Assembly (NCBI GenBank): GCA_964016885.1
Contig: OZ024749.1
Coordinates: 49,414,001 to 49,478,000, forward strand
Origin: Eledone cirrhosa
Lineage: Eukaryota
Reading direction: 5' to 3'
Length of the DNA stretch: 64,000 nt
In this document: piece by piece, positions 62,727 through 64,000 of the stretch
Position numbering within the stretch: position 1 is the first letter of the stretch
Layout of the letters: each line of letters starts with the position of its first letter
Program-made: the position numbers and the translations under genes
The notes under the pieces: model-generated
What the model was told of the DNA's origin: nothing
The model's database searches: none
The model's input: the letters and a program-made list of their open reading frames with translations, nothing else

Positions 62727-62946
62727 AACGTTTGTATTTGTAAAGCCAAAACAATGCAGGTATGGACATAGAATATAAATGCAAATGCAAAAGATATTGT
62801 TGACAATTAGTCTGTTACCTTAAATGTATTTAAGGACATTTAAATAAATTTAAGGTAAAAGACTAATTGTCAACACTATCTTTTGCATTTGCATTTATAT
62901 TCTATGTGCATACCTGCATTGTTTTGGCTTTACAAATACAAACGTT
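62727..62946. repeat. Near-perfect 220-bp palindrome (MITE-like fold-back)
   Basis: AACGTTTGTATTTGTAAAGCCAAAACAATGCAGG... pairs with ...CCTGCATTGTTTTGGCTTTACAAATACAAACGTT; the loop is only a few nt at about 62835. Confidence 0.92.
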
Positions 62947-63017
62947 TATATAAATATATATTTATATTAGTTATAAATCGAAGTTGTATCAAATATATAT
63001 ATATAAGACACACACAC

Positions 63018-63068
<51 letters not shown>

Positions 63069-64000
63069 AATAGAAATTAAGATGGTTTTGACAGAACATC
63101 TAATTCTTTAATACAATGAACAAAACGTCGGAATAAAAAAATAAAATGATTTATTTGGAATTGGCACAATGCCAATATTTTTCAAGGGCAGGAATACAGT
63201 TGCTGGTGTTTTTTGTTCTGTATGGATATGAATAAAATAATTTCATCATCGAAAGGAAAACAGATGAATTTACTTCTGGAAAACAAATAGTATTTATTAT
63301 GAGCCTGGTCCATATAAAATCCTGAAAACAATACCTGTAATTATGTCCACAGATAAATAAGCTTCAAGTTGCCAATCCAATGTCATCAGCATTGGGAATA
63401 TTTTAATAGATACTCATTAACGTATTACAGTCACATTTTCATATTATTTTATAAGGGCGCAATTCTACTCAGAGATTTACGCAAGTATTCATGAAGTCAA
63501 ATTCAAACTATAACATCTATATATAACAGCGTACATCCACATCGTACAGATTTACATCAATTTAAAATCGTAAGGAATATTCAAACTAAAGTCATAATTC
63601 CGTAGATATATCAGGTAGATTTGTCAAACTAGGAACACATGTTCGCGAAGCTGGTTCTTTAATCGCATCTCATGATAGACACGTGTGTATGTGTGTGTGT
63701 GTTAAAAATTAGAACCGGAGAAAAGGATGCTATTTATCTATTTGCTAAACTAAATGTTGTGTAGAGATCCACAGATCATTTGTGAGCAGTCGTACTTTCT
63801 TCCGCAGCTGAAATTTTACTATTATTTTATCATTTAATATCGTATATAAGTATTAGTGATAATTTAGCTTATATATGACTGTTCTCATCAAAGTGTGTAG
63901 CTGTTAGCTTATATATATATCTGTGGTTTTTAGATAGGTTATTATGTAAAGAATTTAAAACTCGACAAGTTATTACTTTCATCTTTGATTGAACTACTTT

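Overview
This is AT-rich, repeat-dominated eukaryotic DNA with no supportable intact host gene. It looks like intronic or intergenic sequence of a coleoid cephalopod (Octopus-like); this is inferred from the SINE family and the very long (TA)n tracts and is not verified. Nearly all long ORFs in the supplied track are translations of (TA)n/(CA)n microsatellites. The only real coding remnant is a 5'-truncated CR1-group LINE reverse transcriptase (about 39570-41267, minus) broken by one in-frame stop. The main finding is at 37075-39482: about 6.85 apparently identical 310-bp tandem units followed by one inverted unit. Each unit carries a type I hammerhead ribozyme fold (CUGAUGA...GAAAC-GC-GUA) with a 16-bp distal stem, giving a candidate non-LTR retrozyme or Penelope-type pLTR array that could release 310-nt self-cleaved, possibly circular, RNAs. 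Three older hammerhead-like relics lie elsewhere in the window. Also present are at least nine copies of a tRNA-derived SINE, two non-autonomous Helitrons, RTE and mariner relics, two long fold-back palindromes, a GC-rich 100-nt hairpin and a candidate recursive splice site.
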